Shown here: piece after piece, positions 20,502 to 30,014 of the stretch
Layout of the letters: every line of letters starts with the position of its first letter
Numbering within the stretch: the stretch's first letter is position 1
NCBI GenBank assembly: GCA_000004985.1
Contig: GG738857.1
Length of the DNA stretch: 64,000 bases
Strand: one strand, 5' to 3'
From: Naegleria gruberi
Taxonomy: Eukaryota
Notes under the pieces: model-generated
The model's input: only the letters and a program-made list of their open reading frames with translations
What the model was told of the DNA's origin: nothing
Databases searched by the model: none
Made by a program: the position numbers and the translations under genes

Positions 20502-23500
20502 ATGTTGACAGGGAGCAGAGACTCTTCATCAGTAGCTGCCGTTGACCAACAAGATCCACGAAGCCAAAAACAAGATATGACTTTCGAGTACACATATTTG
20601 ATACAAGCACTATTGAATCAAAATCCAAAACTGAATAATTCTGAGTTTATTCAAGAGTTCAAAAAAAAGTTAGAGTCTTTTAAAGAAGATATTCAATCAG
20701 CCTACGAATTCACCGTTTCATTTAGTAACTATTTAAAGAAGGGCAAGGATGGTACGTTGCACGAGTTGAAATCTTTCAAATTCTTGAAAGTGGCAAGTCA
20801 CAAGCAACACTCATTTTTTCCAAAGAGGTTTTATGTAAAGGCAGTTGGTATTAATAATGATAGCACAACTGTATACCAATTACCAAAACTTATTGAGAGC
20901 AACAGAGTGTTTAGAAAATTTGACTTGATGGATTTCATCAAAGTTCAGTTTTCTGAGAACAGCAAAGTTTTGGACATGATAACAATTCTTGACAAGAAAT
21001 TCCAAGTTGTTGGTGGATCACAAAGCCAAATCAAAAAGGGATCTATTTACTACTATGACATCTCGAAACTGGAAACTGGAAAAACAGCCAATAGCTTGAT
21101 GGATAAACTTGGAAAGTTCGATAATGACTTTTTCAAGAAGATATCAAGACAAAGTTTAAATTTTACTCCTACTGTACGCATATGTACTCTTAAAAAGGAT
21201 GATATTGTTGAAGAGGACGATACATATGCAGGGAATGGGTCCATATTATCGGATGGAATAGGCATGATATCTTATTCTTTTGCTGCTGAGCACTTGAAGA
21301 ATGAAAAAGAAAACTTACCAACAGCATTCCAAGTAAGAATTGCTGGTTTTAAGGGGATGTTAACAGTGTATCCTGATGACATGCTAAAAAGAAAAGGAGT
21401 TAAAAAGAAAGTGATTTTGAGAAAAAGTATGAAGAAATTTGAGTGTAACAAAGATGACAAATATGATCTAGAAATAGTGGCATCCACGAAGGAAGAGCCA
21501 TCTCCCGCCTATTTTAACACACAAGTCTTTCTTTTGCTTTATTCACGCCGCATGAATTTCTTCTCTCAAAAGAAAATTGAGAATTATGATTATGATGTGA
21601 TGAAAATACTGAAATCCCATTACGGTGATGTTTTACCAAGTATTGATAGAGCGTCCTTTCACTCAAATCCTTTTTTGATAGATTTGTTGAGAAGTACACT
21701 AGCAAAGAAAAGAGATAATGGTAACATGTTGGTTACAGAAGGTATGACATGTTATGGTTTGCTGGATGAAACTAAAGAACTTAAAGAAAAGGAAGTTTTT
21801 GTAATGTTGGGAAACAAACATACCAAGTACGCTAAACCAAATACCAAATTTTTAAAGAGTGGGACAAAGGTGTTAGTTTTCAGATATCCAGTATTGAATA
21901 TAAATGAGATAAAGATGCTGACTGCAAAAGAACCTATCAATAATTTACAATTGAGTACAAATGATTGTGCAGTTGTTTTTTCAAGTGTATGTGCTGCATC
22001 TGATATTTCAGGTGACCTTGATGGTGACAAGTATGTTGTTATTTGGGATGAATCATTATCCCTGATAGGAGATAATATTACAAAAAAAATTGAATTGAAA
22101 GAGAAAAAAAAGGAAGATAAAGAGGAGCAAACAGAGTATGAAGAAATTATACCAAAAACGAAAGTTACACCAAAAACACTTTCAGAAGCGTTCACTCATT
22201 TAATAATAGCGCAACAGTACGTCGGAAAGATAGTAACGACCTGGCAAAATACAATAATGAATGGAAGATACACATATCTAACAGAATCTAGAAAACTAGC
22301 CAAACAATTCCAAATTGCAATGGACTTTCCTAAAACTGGGATACTTCCAAACATTGATTTGCTGCACTCGCCTCCAAACTCTCCCCTAAAGACTGTAAGA
22401 AAGAGAATAGATTTTATGTACAATTTTTTGACTCCAATATCTGACAATTCTAAAGTTGCTAAAATACCACCAGATATCAAGCCTATTTTTGATAAATATA
22501 TAGCAGAGATGGAACATTGGAAGTTGGTTTTGGGTATAGATGAAGTAGGAGTGATTACAAGAAAGAGTGTGTTTGAACCTATACAAGAGAAGTTTTCTAA
22601 ACAATTAGAAGGAAAGTCAGTTCCAATGAGTTTGGGGAGTTTTTCATTGCTGATGAAACCATCTGGAAAGGCTAAAAAATCAAAATACTCCAGTTTTAAA
22701 ACAATACTGGAGGGAAATTTCAGAGAATTTGTCGAACAATATTTGAAAAGAATTTTTAATAATGGGAAGGAGGAATTGAAGTATTTACAAAATTCCCTTA
22801 AAGAAATTACAAACAACCAAATTCTTTGGAAATACATTGCTCAAAAGCCAAATCTATACCTCATTCTTACTTACCTTATAGATAGAAATAATACAATGAT
22901 GAAATATGAACAGTTTGCTACAGATGAGTTGGTGTGGTCTTTTATCAAATATTGTATTTTAAAAGAATACCTTGTTCACGAAGATGAAAATCAGGCTGTT
23001 ACTTACGAAAAGGAAGAGCCAAACCTGGAATACCTCCTTGTTGAATTTAAAAAAGATAACCATTTCACTACAGAAATAGATAAGTTGATTGGTTTTATTA
23101 CTGATATTCCTAAAATGGATATATGGTATCCGAGAATTAAGGAAGTTTGTGAAAAAGTTAATGTAGAATACATTCCATTTTCAGAATTACTTCCATTACC
23201 TAATGAAAAAATGCTCGGAAAAGGAATACATGGAGAAGTGTTTCCAATGATGTTCCGATCAAAAAGAGTTGCTGTTAAAAAAGTTGAGTTTATATATCCA
23301 GATACTATTACTGGGTTTTTAGACGAGTTGGACCTTTTGGCAAAACTTAGAGGCCATGAAAATATAGCTGAATTGTATGCTGTTTCTCTTGATGGATACA
23401 ATGGGTTTTTAATCATGGAATATTGTGATTATGGATTATGGAATCACTATTTCAATAAGCAAAATAAGCAAAAACCAAAGATTAATTTTGACAAACTGCA

Positions 23501-24056
23501 ATTCCTTTCATTACTCAATGATATAGCTAACGGAATGGAGTGGATGCACAAAAAAAATGTGTTACACAGAGATCTAACAGTCCATAATATTGTATTGCTA
23601 GAATATAAAGGAGAACAAGGACCATTCCTCAAAGCCAAGTTGATTGATTTCCATTTAAGTGTTTCCAAAGACTGGTCAGATGCTGAAGAGAAACTGAAAT
23701 TCCTACCTCTTGAAAAATTAATCAAATGTTCTCCTGAAGCCATTAATGACAAATCAAATTATCATTTCCCAAGTGACGTTTTCATGTTTGGGAATATACT
23801 ATGGGAAATATTGCACCGAGAGGAAATATATCATCGGCTCAAATTTAAACATGCCATTCAATTGATTTTACAGGGAAAACTAAAACCTGTAACTGTAAAA
23901 ATTGATTTAGAAGTTTTGAAAGTTTTGGAAAACTGTTGGAACCTTGATCCAGACCAAAGGCCTACATTTGAGAGCATAGTTAAGGAGCTTTCTTCTCTGC
24001 TTGAACATGAAAAGAAGAAACGAATGAGATACAACCATTTCAATGCCTTAAAGTAA
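20502..24056 (+). CDS. RNA-dependent RNA polymerase (eukaryotic cellular RDR/QDE-1 family) fused to a C-terminal protein-kinase-like (TKL-like, possibly pseudokinase) domain. 1184 aa, single exon
   Basis: RdRP hallmarks are FQVRIAGFKGMLTVYPD, VLVFRYPVLNINEIKMLTAKEP, and the catalytic SGDLDGDKYVVIWDE (DbDGD motif). The C-terminus carries GKGIHGEV, VAVKK, HRDLTVHNIVL, DFH (not DFG), SPE (not APE), DVFMFGNILWE, and DPDQRPTF. The true start may be M at about 20577 (MTFEYTYL). Confidence 0.85.
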   Translation: MLTGSRDSSSVAAVDQQDPRSQKQDMTFEYTYLIQALLNQNPKLNNSEFIQEFKKKLESFKEDIQSAYEFTVSFSNYLKKGKDGTLHELKSFKFLKVASHKQHSFFPKRFYVKAVGINNDSTTVYQLPKLIESNRVFRKFDLMDFIKVQFSENSKVLDMITILDKKFQVVGGSQSQIKKGSIYYYDISKLETGKTANSLMDKLGKFDNDFFKKISRQSLNFTPTVRICTLKKDDIVEEDDTYAGNGSILSDGIGMISYSFAAEHLKNEKENLPTAFQVRIAGFKGMLTVYPDDMLKRKGVKKKVILRKSMKKFECNKDDKYDLEIVASTKEEPSPAYFNTQVFLLLYSRRMNFFSQKKIENYDYDVMKILKSHYGDVLPSIDRASFHSNPFLIDLLRSTLAKKRDNGNMLVTEGMTCYGLLDETKELKEKEVFVMLGNKHTKYAKPNTKFLKSGTKVLVFRYPVLNINEIKMLTAKEPINNLQLSTNDCAVVFSSVCAASDISGDLDGDKYVVIWDESLSLIGDNITKKIELKEKKKEDKEEQTEYEEIIPKTKVTPKTLSEAFTHLIIAQQYVGKIVTTWQNTIMNGRYTYLTESRKLAKQFQIAMDFPKTGILPNIDLLHSPPNSPLKTVRKRIDFMYNFLTPISDNSKVAKIPPDIKPIFDKYIAEMEHWKLVLGIDEVGVITRKSVFEPIQEKFSKQLEGKSVPMSLGSFSLLMKPSGKAKKSKYSSFKTILEGNFREFVEQYLKRIFNNGKEELKYLQNSLKEITNNQILWKYIAQKPNLYLILTYLIDRNNTMMKYEQFATDELVWSFIKYCILKEYLVHEDENQAVTYEKEEPNLEYLLVEFKKDNHFTTEIDKLIGFITDIPKMDIWYPRIKEVCEKVNVEYIPFSELLPLPNEKMLGKGIHGEVFPMMFRSKRVAVKKVEFIYPDTITGFLDELDLLAKLRGHENIAELYAVSLDGYNGFLIMEYCDYGLWNHYFNKQNKQKPKINFDKLQFLSLLNDIANGMEWMHKKNVLHRDLTVHNIVLLEYKGEQGPFLKAKLIDFHLSVSKDWSDAEEKLKFLPLEKLIKCSPEAINDKSNYHFPSDVFMFGNILWEILHREEIYHRLKFKHAIQLILQGKLKPVTVKIDLEVLKVLENCWNLDPDQRPTFESIVKELSSLLEHEKKKRMRYNHFNALK

Positions 24057-24248
24057 CAGAAAATTGTCACATTATTCATAACATTCTATCACATAATAAA
24101 TTAAATTCAGAAAATATTCCAAATCCAATAACTGCCAATTTTTGAGATTTTTCTTCTTTTGAGTAATAGAGTTGAGAATATCCTCAAGTTCTACTTGGGA
24201 CATTCCTGGTAATTTTCATGAAACATGTTGATGATAATTAAATATTAA

Positions 24249-27206
24249 TTGAAAAAAATGAAAAAACGAATTTTGGCGAGAGTTGTTGATAAATCCGATA
24301 ATTGCTCGAAGCCTTGTTCATCATCTTTATCAAATAATAATAATAATCACATTATGAATGAAGACTTGGATAATTATTATCAAAATAATTTTGTTATTGG
24401 AGATTGGGGATTTATTCCGAAGGAATGGATTTGGGAGATTTGTTCCTTTCTCTTCCCGATTGATTATATGAAGTTAATTTGGATGAATAGTCATTGGTAT
24501 CATAGTATCCGAGGATTTGCTTCTCATCAGGAAGAGTTTAGATTCACCAAATTTATATTTGATAGGATCATGTTGTCGAGTTGTAAATATTCTCATCAGA
24601 AACAATTGGAAAAACATTCGGAAATGGATGAAGGAATCAGCCAAGAGCAATATTCAACATTTTTGGAATCTAATAGGAAACAGGTTCATTCATTGTTTAA
24701 TTTGTTTTTCACTGGTGTTCGCCATTGGTATTTTAGTGATTTGTTTATAGAAAAAGAATTAATTACGTGGTGTTTAGGTAGTGATGAGGAAAATCCGAAT
24801 AATACTTTGGAGAGCATTACATTTTTCAATTGTAAATTGGAATGTGGATTGGCACAGAATATTGCAAATAGTACGAGTAATTTGAGAGAGATTAATCTTC
24901 CTTATAGTGGATTTTGTGACATTGAAGTGACAAGGCAAAAGAATCTTCGGTTTGTGGACTCGTATCAGTCACAGTTCATGTCCTTCCTCTTGTTTCAAAA
25001 TGATTTTTCGTCGATAGAGAAGGGAAAATATAAAACAAAATCCATAGATCACGAAAAGAAACAAAACCGAGTGGAAGATGATAATTCACACATATTGGGA
25101 AATATTGACATCCTTGAATTATTGCCATTTTTCAATGATAGTACCAATAAGAGTTTTGAAACTTTAAAGTATATTTATTTGGAGGCATACGATGGTATAT
25201 CCGAGTCACATATTTCTCAGGACATTACTCAAACTCATGGAAATTTGATAACGAGCAATTCAGACGACAGAGAATTTTTACAGAGGAATATATTTAAAAA
25301 GAATAATCAATACTTTACATGGATAAACCTTCCAGATACAAGGAATAAGAGATTGGAAGTACCACTAGAGTTGTGCAAGGTTGGTGACCTGGATCATCAG
25401 CTCAAATCTGTGATATTTTCCAATGCAGATGAAGAGGGGGAAGAAGAATTTGGAAGGAGAAAAACTCCACAAGATTTAATTTATTTGGCTGCCATACTGC
25501 CTTCACACATTAATTTGATTTGTTTCTGTGGTTTGGAATCGTTCAAGACGAGAAGTGACTCAATAGACTCATATTTTGAATGTGTAGGATTTGAAAAGTG
25601 CTATGGAAAGACCAGTGCTCCTCCCTGTGTTCTTCTTAGCTCGCTGCAATCGAACAAGCACAAGGACTTGCCAACCGTATTCCTCAAATTGCAAAATAAT
25701 CTGCGAAAGAGAAACAAGACGAGGAAGGAATTCTCCCTAGTCAATTATTACGGCATTGAAAATCATTCTGGTGTTTATGGACATATTCACAGATTGACTG
25801 ATGTTATTATTTGGGGTGATATTCAAAAAGTAGACTATTTGCTGAATATGGGATTTCATATTCATGATTTATTGTACTTTGCACAAGTGAATAGTGCATT
25901 GTATACACACGATGATTCCTCAGATACGTGTGAGTGCTACCTGAGTGATTTGATGTTTTCCATAGTATTTTTCGGAATTGTACATAGGAAGGGTGAAAAT
26001 TTCTTAGAGTTATTAGGATTACTGACAAGGTTTGGAATGGAGAAGTTATTTGGACCCTTGTTGAATGTTTGGGAGAATAATTATTTGGATGTAAAGTTAT
26101 TGGAAAGTTTAACTCTTGTAGATTTATTAATTGTTATGAAACTTTACAAGTCTATGCTTTCATTTTCAATGATGTTTCCAGTCATCAAGACAGAATTCTT
26201 TGTAAAGATTGATTCTGATGAACATGATCATGAAATTAGAGACATGCTGGACTTGGATTTATTGGAGAGTAATTTGAAAGATTTATGGACCTGGTTGTTT
26301 GCTTCAATTGAACTATTGATGGAAGAGTTTTGGAATAGAGTTTATAAAAAGAAATCCTCTCTGATTGGTGTGAAAATCGAATCAAAGAGGGAACAGCCAG
26401 TGAGAATGGCCAAGATAATCAAACGACTAGAAAAAGGAGACTCGGCCATGTTTGATCAGGCAGAGAATGATTTAAATGAACTGAAAAAGGACTCGTTATG
26501 GAATTTCTTTATGACTGTGGATCATTCCTACATTGGAGAGCTCAGAGAAGAAGAGGAATGGTCTGGAGTATTGGAATCTGAAGATTTTGATTGGATTAAT
26601 TATTGTGACAATCCAGATCAAGCATCTAGAATTGGAATGATTATGAATAGTATTTGCATGGATCAGAGATTTGAATCGCCCATTCTCTCGGCAAGTTTAA
26701 ACTGCAATGAGGATGGTATTCGATTTTTGTTGGAAAAACTTCCTCCCTTAAATGTGGAATCTAGAACTGAACGATTTACTGAATGGCTCAATGAACCTCG
26801 TTTCCACGATACAACCAACAGAACTGTCACTCTATACGACGTTGTGGAATCTTCTTATCCAATTCTACGAGTATGTGATTTACTTTGTTTTAAACCTGTA
26901 GTGGTAGCTGGCATGATGCTAATTTATTGTCATGACGATAATGAATCGGACGAATCAATTGATTATCTTTCTCTCTTTAAGAGCTTGTTGGCAGATATTT
27001 ATTTTGAAACTGGAAGTATGAGAGATATTCCAGATATTGACATGTCCCTTACCAAATTCATTTCCAAATTGGATGTCAAGAAGAAATCAACTCCCTACTC
27101 GACAACATCTGTCTCTGAAGATCGAAGATTATCTACCTTAATTTATTTAACAGAAATTGGATGTAAAACAGTTTCCTCGAGAAGAGGTAGATCTTCCAAT
27201 AGGTAG
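24249..27206 (+). CDS. F-box-like protein with a large C-terminal region of unknown function (985 aa)
   Basis: The N-terminal segment IPKEWIWEICSFLFPIDYMKLIWMNSHWYHSI fits the F-box consensus (LPxEI..I.s.L...dL.....V.k.W). Long uninterrupted ORF with an N-rich low-complexity start. Confidence 0.65.
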   Translation: MKKMKKRILARVVDKSDNCSKPCSSSLSNNNNNHIMNEDLDNYYQNNFVIGDWGFIPKEWIWEICSFLFPIDYMKLIWMNSHWYHSIRGFASHQEEFRFTKFIFDRIMLSSCKYSHQKQLEKHSEMDEGISQEQYSTFLESNRKQVHSLFNLFFTGVRHWYFSDLFIEKELITWCLGSDEENPNNTLESITFFNCKLECGLAQNIANSTSNLREINLPYSGFCDIEVTRQKNLRFVDSYQSQFMSFLLFQNDFSSIEKGKYKTKSIDHEKKQNRVEDDNSHILGNIDILELLPFFNDSTNKSFETLKYIYLEAYDGISESHISQDITQTHGNLITSNSDDREFLQRNIFKKNNQYFTWINLPDTRNKRLEVPLELCKVGDLDHQLKSVIFSNADEEGEEEFGRRKTPQDLIYLAAILPSHINLICFCGLESFKTRSDSIDSYFECVGFEKCYGKTSAPPCVLLSSLQSNKHKDLPTVFLKLQNNLRKRNKTRKEFSLVNYYGIENHSGVYGHIHRLTDVIIWGDIQKVDYLLNMGFHIHDLLYFAQVNSALYTHDDSSDTCECYLSDLMFSIVFFGIVHRKGENFLELLGLLTRFGMEKLFGPLLNVWENNYLDVKLLESLTLVDLLIVMKLYKSMLSFSMMFPVIKTEFFVKIDSDEHDHEIRDMLDLDLLESNLKDLWTWLFASIELLMEEFWNRVYKKKSSLIGVKIESKREQPVRMAKIIKRLEKGDSAMFDQAENDLNELKKDSLWNFFMTVDHSYIGELREEEEWSGVLESEDFDWINYCDNPDQASRIGMIMNSICMDQRFESPILSASLNCNEDGIRFLLEKLPPLNVESRTERFTEWLNEPRFHDTTNRTVTLYDVVESSYPILRVCDLLCFKPVVVAGMMLIYCHDDNESDESIDYLSLFKSLLADIYFETGSMRDIPDIDMSLTKFISKLDVKKKSTPYSTTSVSEDRRLSTLIYLTEIGCKTVSSRRGRSSNR

Positions 27207-27267
27207 TTTTCCACAAATTTTAAACTAAATTGGAATTTGATATTTTTATAATTATTAGAAATAATAA

Positions 27268-27795
27268 TTATGGTAATTGTATTGGATTTGAATTCTTATC
27301 ATAAAGTTGACCACCATGATCTTCACACAAATACGAAACTCTATCAGCATCTTCCCTAGGTGCCGTAATTAAGAGCTGCACTGATTCATCATCATCCTTT
27401 TCCTCCTTCACATCCAATAATATTTTAAAAAAGGTAGAAACCAATTGTTCATTCAATTCCTCATCTTCCCTTTCCAATACTGGAATGGAAACTACATTTA
27501 CAAGTACATACGAAAGATCGTCCTCATGGTAATTTCTCAACATGGTAAAGAAACCATCCCAAAACTTTTGGAAATCCGAATCAAGTGCCTTCTCGAAACA
27601 GTTAAATACATCTTCCTCTGATGTGATATTTTCCTTGTCAATATTCACAATTTTGACAGTTTTGTTATTTGTGATGGAAATGATTTTTGATGCAGCAGAT
27701 GCAACTGTTTTCATGTCCTCTGCATCTAGCAGTACAACATCTCGTTCACCACATCTATTTCCTTCCACAAGTCTGTCAATAATGGCGTTTGGCAT
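27268..27795 (-). CDS. Hypothetical acidic protein (175 aa)
   Basis: Complete ORF, convergent with and 61 bp from the F-box gene. No motif recognised. Confidence 0.45.
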   Translation of the reverse strand: MPNAIIDRLVEGNRCGERDVVLLDAEDMKTVASAASKIISITNNKTVKIVNIDKENITSEEDVFNCFEKALDSDFQKFWDGFFTMLRNYHEDDLSYVLVNVVSIPVLEREDEELNEQLVSTFFKILLDVKEEKDDDESVQLLITAPREDADRVSYLCEDHGGQLYDKNSNPIQLP

Positions 27796-28094
27796 GATGT
27801 GTTTTTTTTTATGTTTGTTTAATATTTAACTGTTCGTGCTTTTTCGCCATTTCAGTGATAAGTCGGAGCGAAATTATTAATCCACTAATGGAATGAACAC
27901 TATTTTAGAAAACAAATATAAGCGTTTACAATGTATTTACTGCATCAATATTGATTTTAAATATCCAAGTATGTTAAAATGAAACTGTTGTATTTTATTC
28001 TAATAATTATTTGTAATGATCTCTTTGATTTAATATTATTTACAATTTTCCTTTTTTCAAAATTGATTTTTTCCAAATTTTCTAATTTCCCAAT

Positions 28095-29105
28095 TTAATC
28101 CTTTCTCGATATTTTTCTCTTTTTCTTTTTCAAATTCTTCTTTGGTCGTTTTACATGCAAATGATCATGAACAGGTGGTTCATTTGGCAATGTCAAACAA
28201 ACAATTGGTGTGTCCATAGCCACCACTGGATCCATATTCACAATATTATGTGGCATTCTCTTTTGTGGTGAATGTAAGATGATGGTATTCTTTGGATCGA
28301 CATGTCCTTTATCAAACCACAAACTCGATGGTAAACTATTCGATCGATTCTTCCTTAATAAATCCACAAGAGCTGGTTCTTCAAAGATGGAGTCTCTTTG
28401 GGCATCTCCAGAAATTGTTGGTTGACTATTAAGAGAATGAGAGGATGAATCATGTTGGAATGCATTGATTGGATGTACTCTGTTTTTGGGAGATTTATTG
28501 CCATGCATGGATCGAGAAGCATTTGGAGAGGAGGAAGATAAGGGAAGCATGTAAGCCAATCCATCTTCGGATGTGATGGACATGGATCGATTGGCATGTA
28601 TTGGTCTACTATCTAGTGGTGTTGGAGATTTGTGTTGATTCTCAAGAGCTCCATCGTGATGAGCATGTCCTTTCCGATGATGCTGTGAAAAGTGTTGTTC
28701 TTGTTGAGAATTTGATGAAGGAGAGGAAGGTTGGGAAAGAGAATAAGTTGTTTTCAGGATGGATTTTGGAGGAGAGGATGAATATGATATCCTGTACTTG
28801 TTTTCACTAGAAGGTAATGTCGTTGTTATCGAAGAGGAATTATCAAACGTTGAATGAATATTATTATTCATCATTGTCATGGAGTGTTGTTGTTGCATAT
28901 TGATGGAGGGTCGAATCATCATGTTATTCCTCCGAATGGATTGTATTGAATTATTAAGCACATCATCATTGAGGAATTTGGCTGGATTGCCTGAATCATC
29001 CTCTCGACATGAATCATAGCCAAATGTTGAAGCCGATGATGAAGAACCTGCTGCTGATGAGGAGGACACTGATGAGAAGAATCCATTGGATGCTCTATTG
29101 CCCAT
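28095..29105 (-). CDS. Low-complexity S/N/H/Q-rich protein with an N-myristoylation consensus (MGNRAS) and a basic C-terminal tail (KRPKKNLKKKKRKISRKD)
   Basis: Complete 336-aa ORF. Gly2 and Ser6 fit the NMT consensus. Otherwise predicted disordered. Confidence 0.55.
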   Translation of the reverse strand: MGNRASNGFFSSVSSSSAAGSSSSASTFGYDSCREDDSGNPAKFLNDDVLNNSIQSIRRNNMMIRPSINMQQQHSMTMMNNNIHSTFDNSSSITTTLPSSENKYRISYSSSPPKSILKTTYSLSQPSSPSSNSQQEQHFSQHHRKGHAHHDGALENQHKSPTPLDSRPIHANRSMSITSEDGLAYMLPLSSSSPNASRSMHGNKSPKNRVHPINAFQHDSSSHSLNSQPTISGDAQRDSIFEEPALVDLLRKNRSNSLPSSLWFDKGHVDPKNTIILHSPQKRMPHNIVNMDPVVAMDTPIVCLTLPNEPPVHDHLHVKRPKKNLKKKKRKISRKD

Positions 29106-30014
29106 TCTCTATGCTGATGAAATGATTTATATATATTTATTTTGGCTGTTCCTTAATGCCCTATTCCAAATGAACATACAGTAAGGAAAAGGAACACAAT
29201 TTTTCTACTAGTTAATTACCATCACGATTTTGTTGATGTTCTCCTCTCGGTTGCTTCTAACAATCGCATAATTTCCAACTCGAGTAAAATAGATTACCAT
29301 TTATTTACAAGCTAAGGCTTGTTTAATGACCATTATTTCCGTGACGGACATCATGATGGACAATAGGGAATCACTTCCGCGCGATCATCCACCATAACCA
29401 TTAAGGTCATGAAAAATTTATTAAGGAAGAAAAACTTGTATTGATTGATCAAATCGATAATATTTATGGCCACGTTGAAGAAAATTGGACGAACATTAAT
29501 TACTCGATTTTCCAATTTTACTCTTGCTCCTAGATTGTTCACTTGAAACACAAAAACTTCATAACGAATAAATTCCCACAACAAATCAATGACTATTTTC
29601 AATTCTTCATGGACTATTTAGTAAGGCACATATCAATGCTACAATAAGCTCATAGATCTCTCAATATTGATCAGTGTAATAATTGAGAAAATTCCCAAAT
29701 AAGGTCTTTATATCCGTACTAAGGTGATTAGAAAGCAATTGTTTTATATTATAAAAAGAACTCATGTGGAAATTACATTACCTTAGAATGACATGACTCC
29801 TTCGCCGTATTTTAAATGCTAGGGTTGTGCCACAGGTCAATTCTATATAAGGAAATTAAGGTGGCGAAACTTTTGAACATATGCTTAGAAAATTAGTTGT
29901 AGTCAGTGAAATAAATAGAACGGTTACTATTTGTGATAATTAGCAAGTTCATCCAATCTGTCAGACATCAAGGAGAGAGTTGTTCACTAGCCAAAGATTC
30001 CACCACGTAAAAAA

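Noticed and set aside
29351-29602. 83-aa minus-strand ORF in the 900-bp divergent promoter region between 29105 and 30015
   Set aside because: Isolated, hydrophobic or low-complexity, with no motif. Probably chance in AT-rich intergenic DNA.
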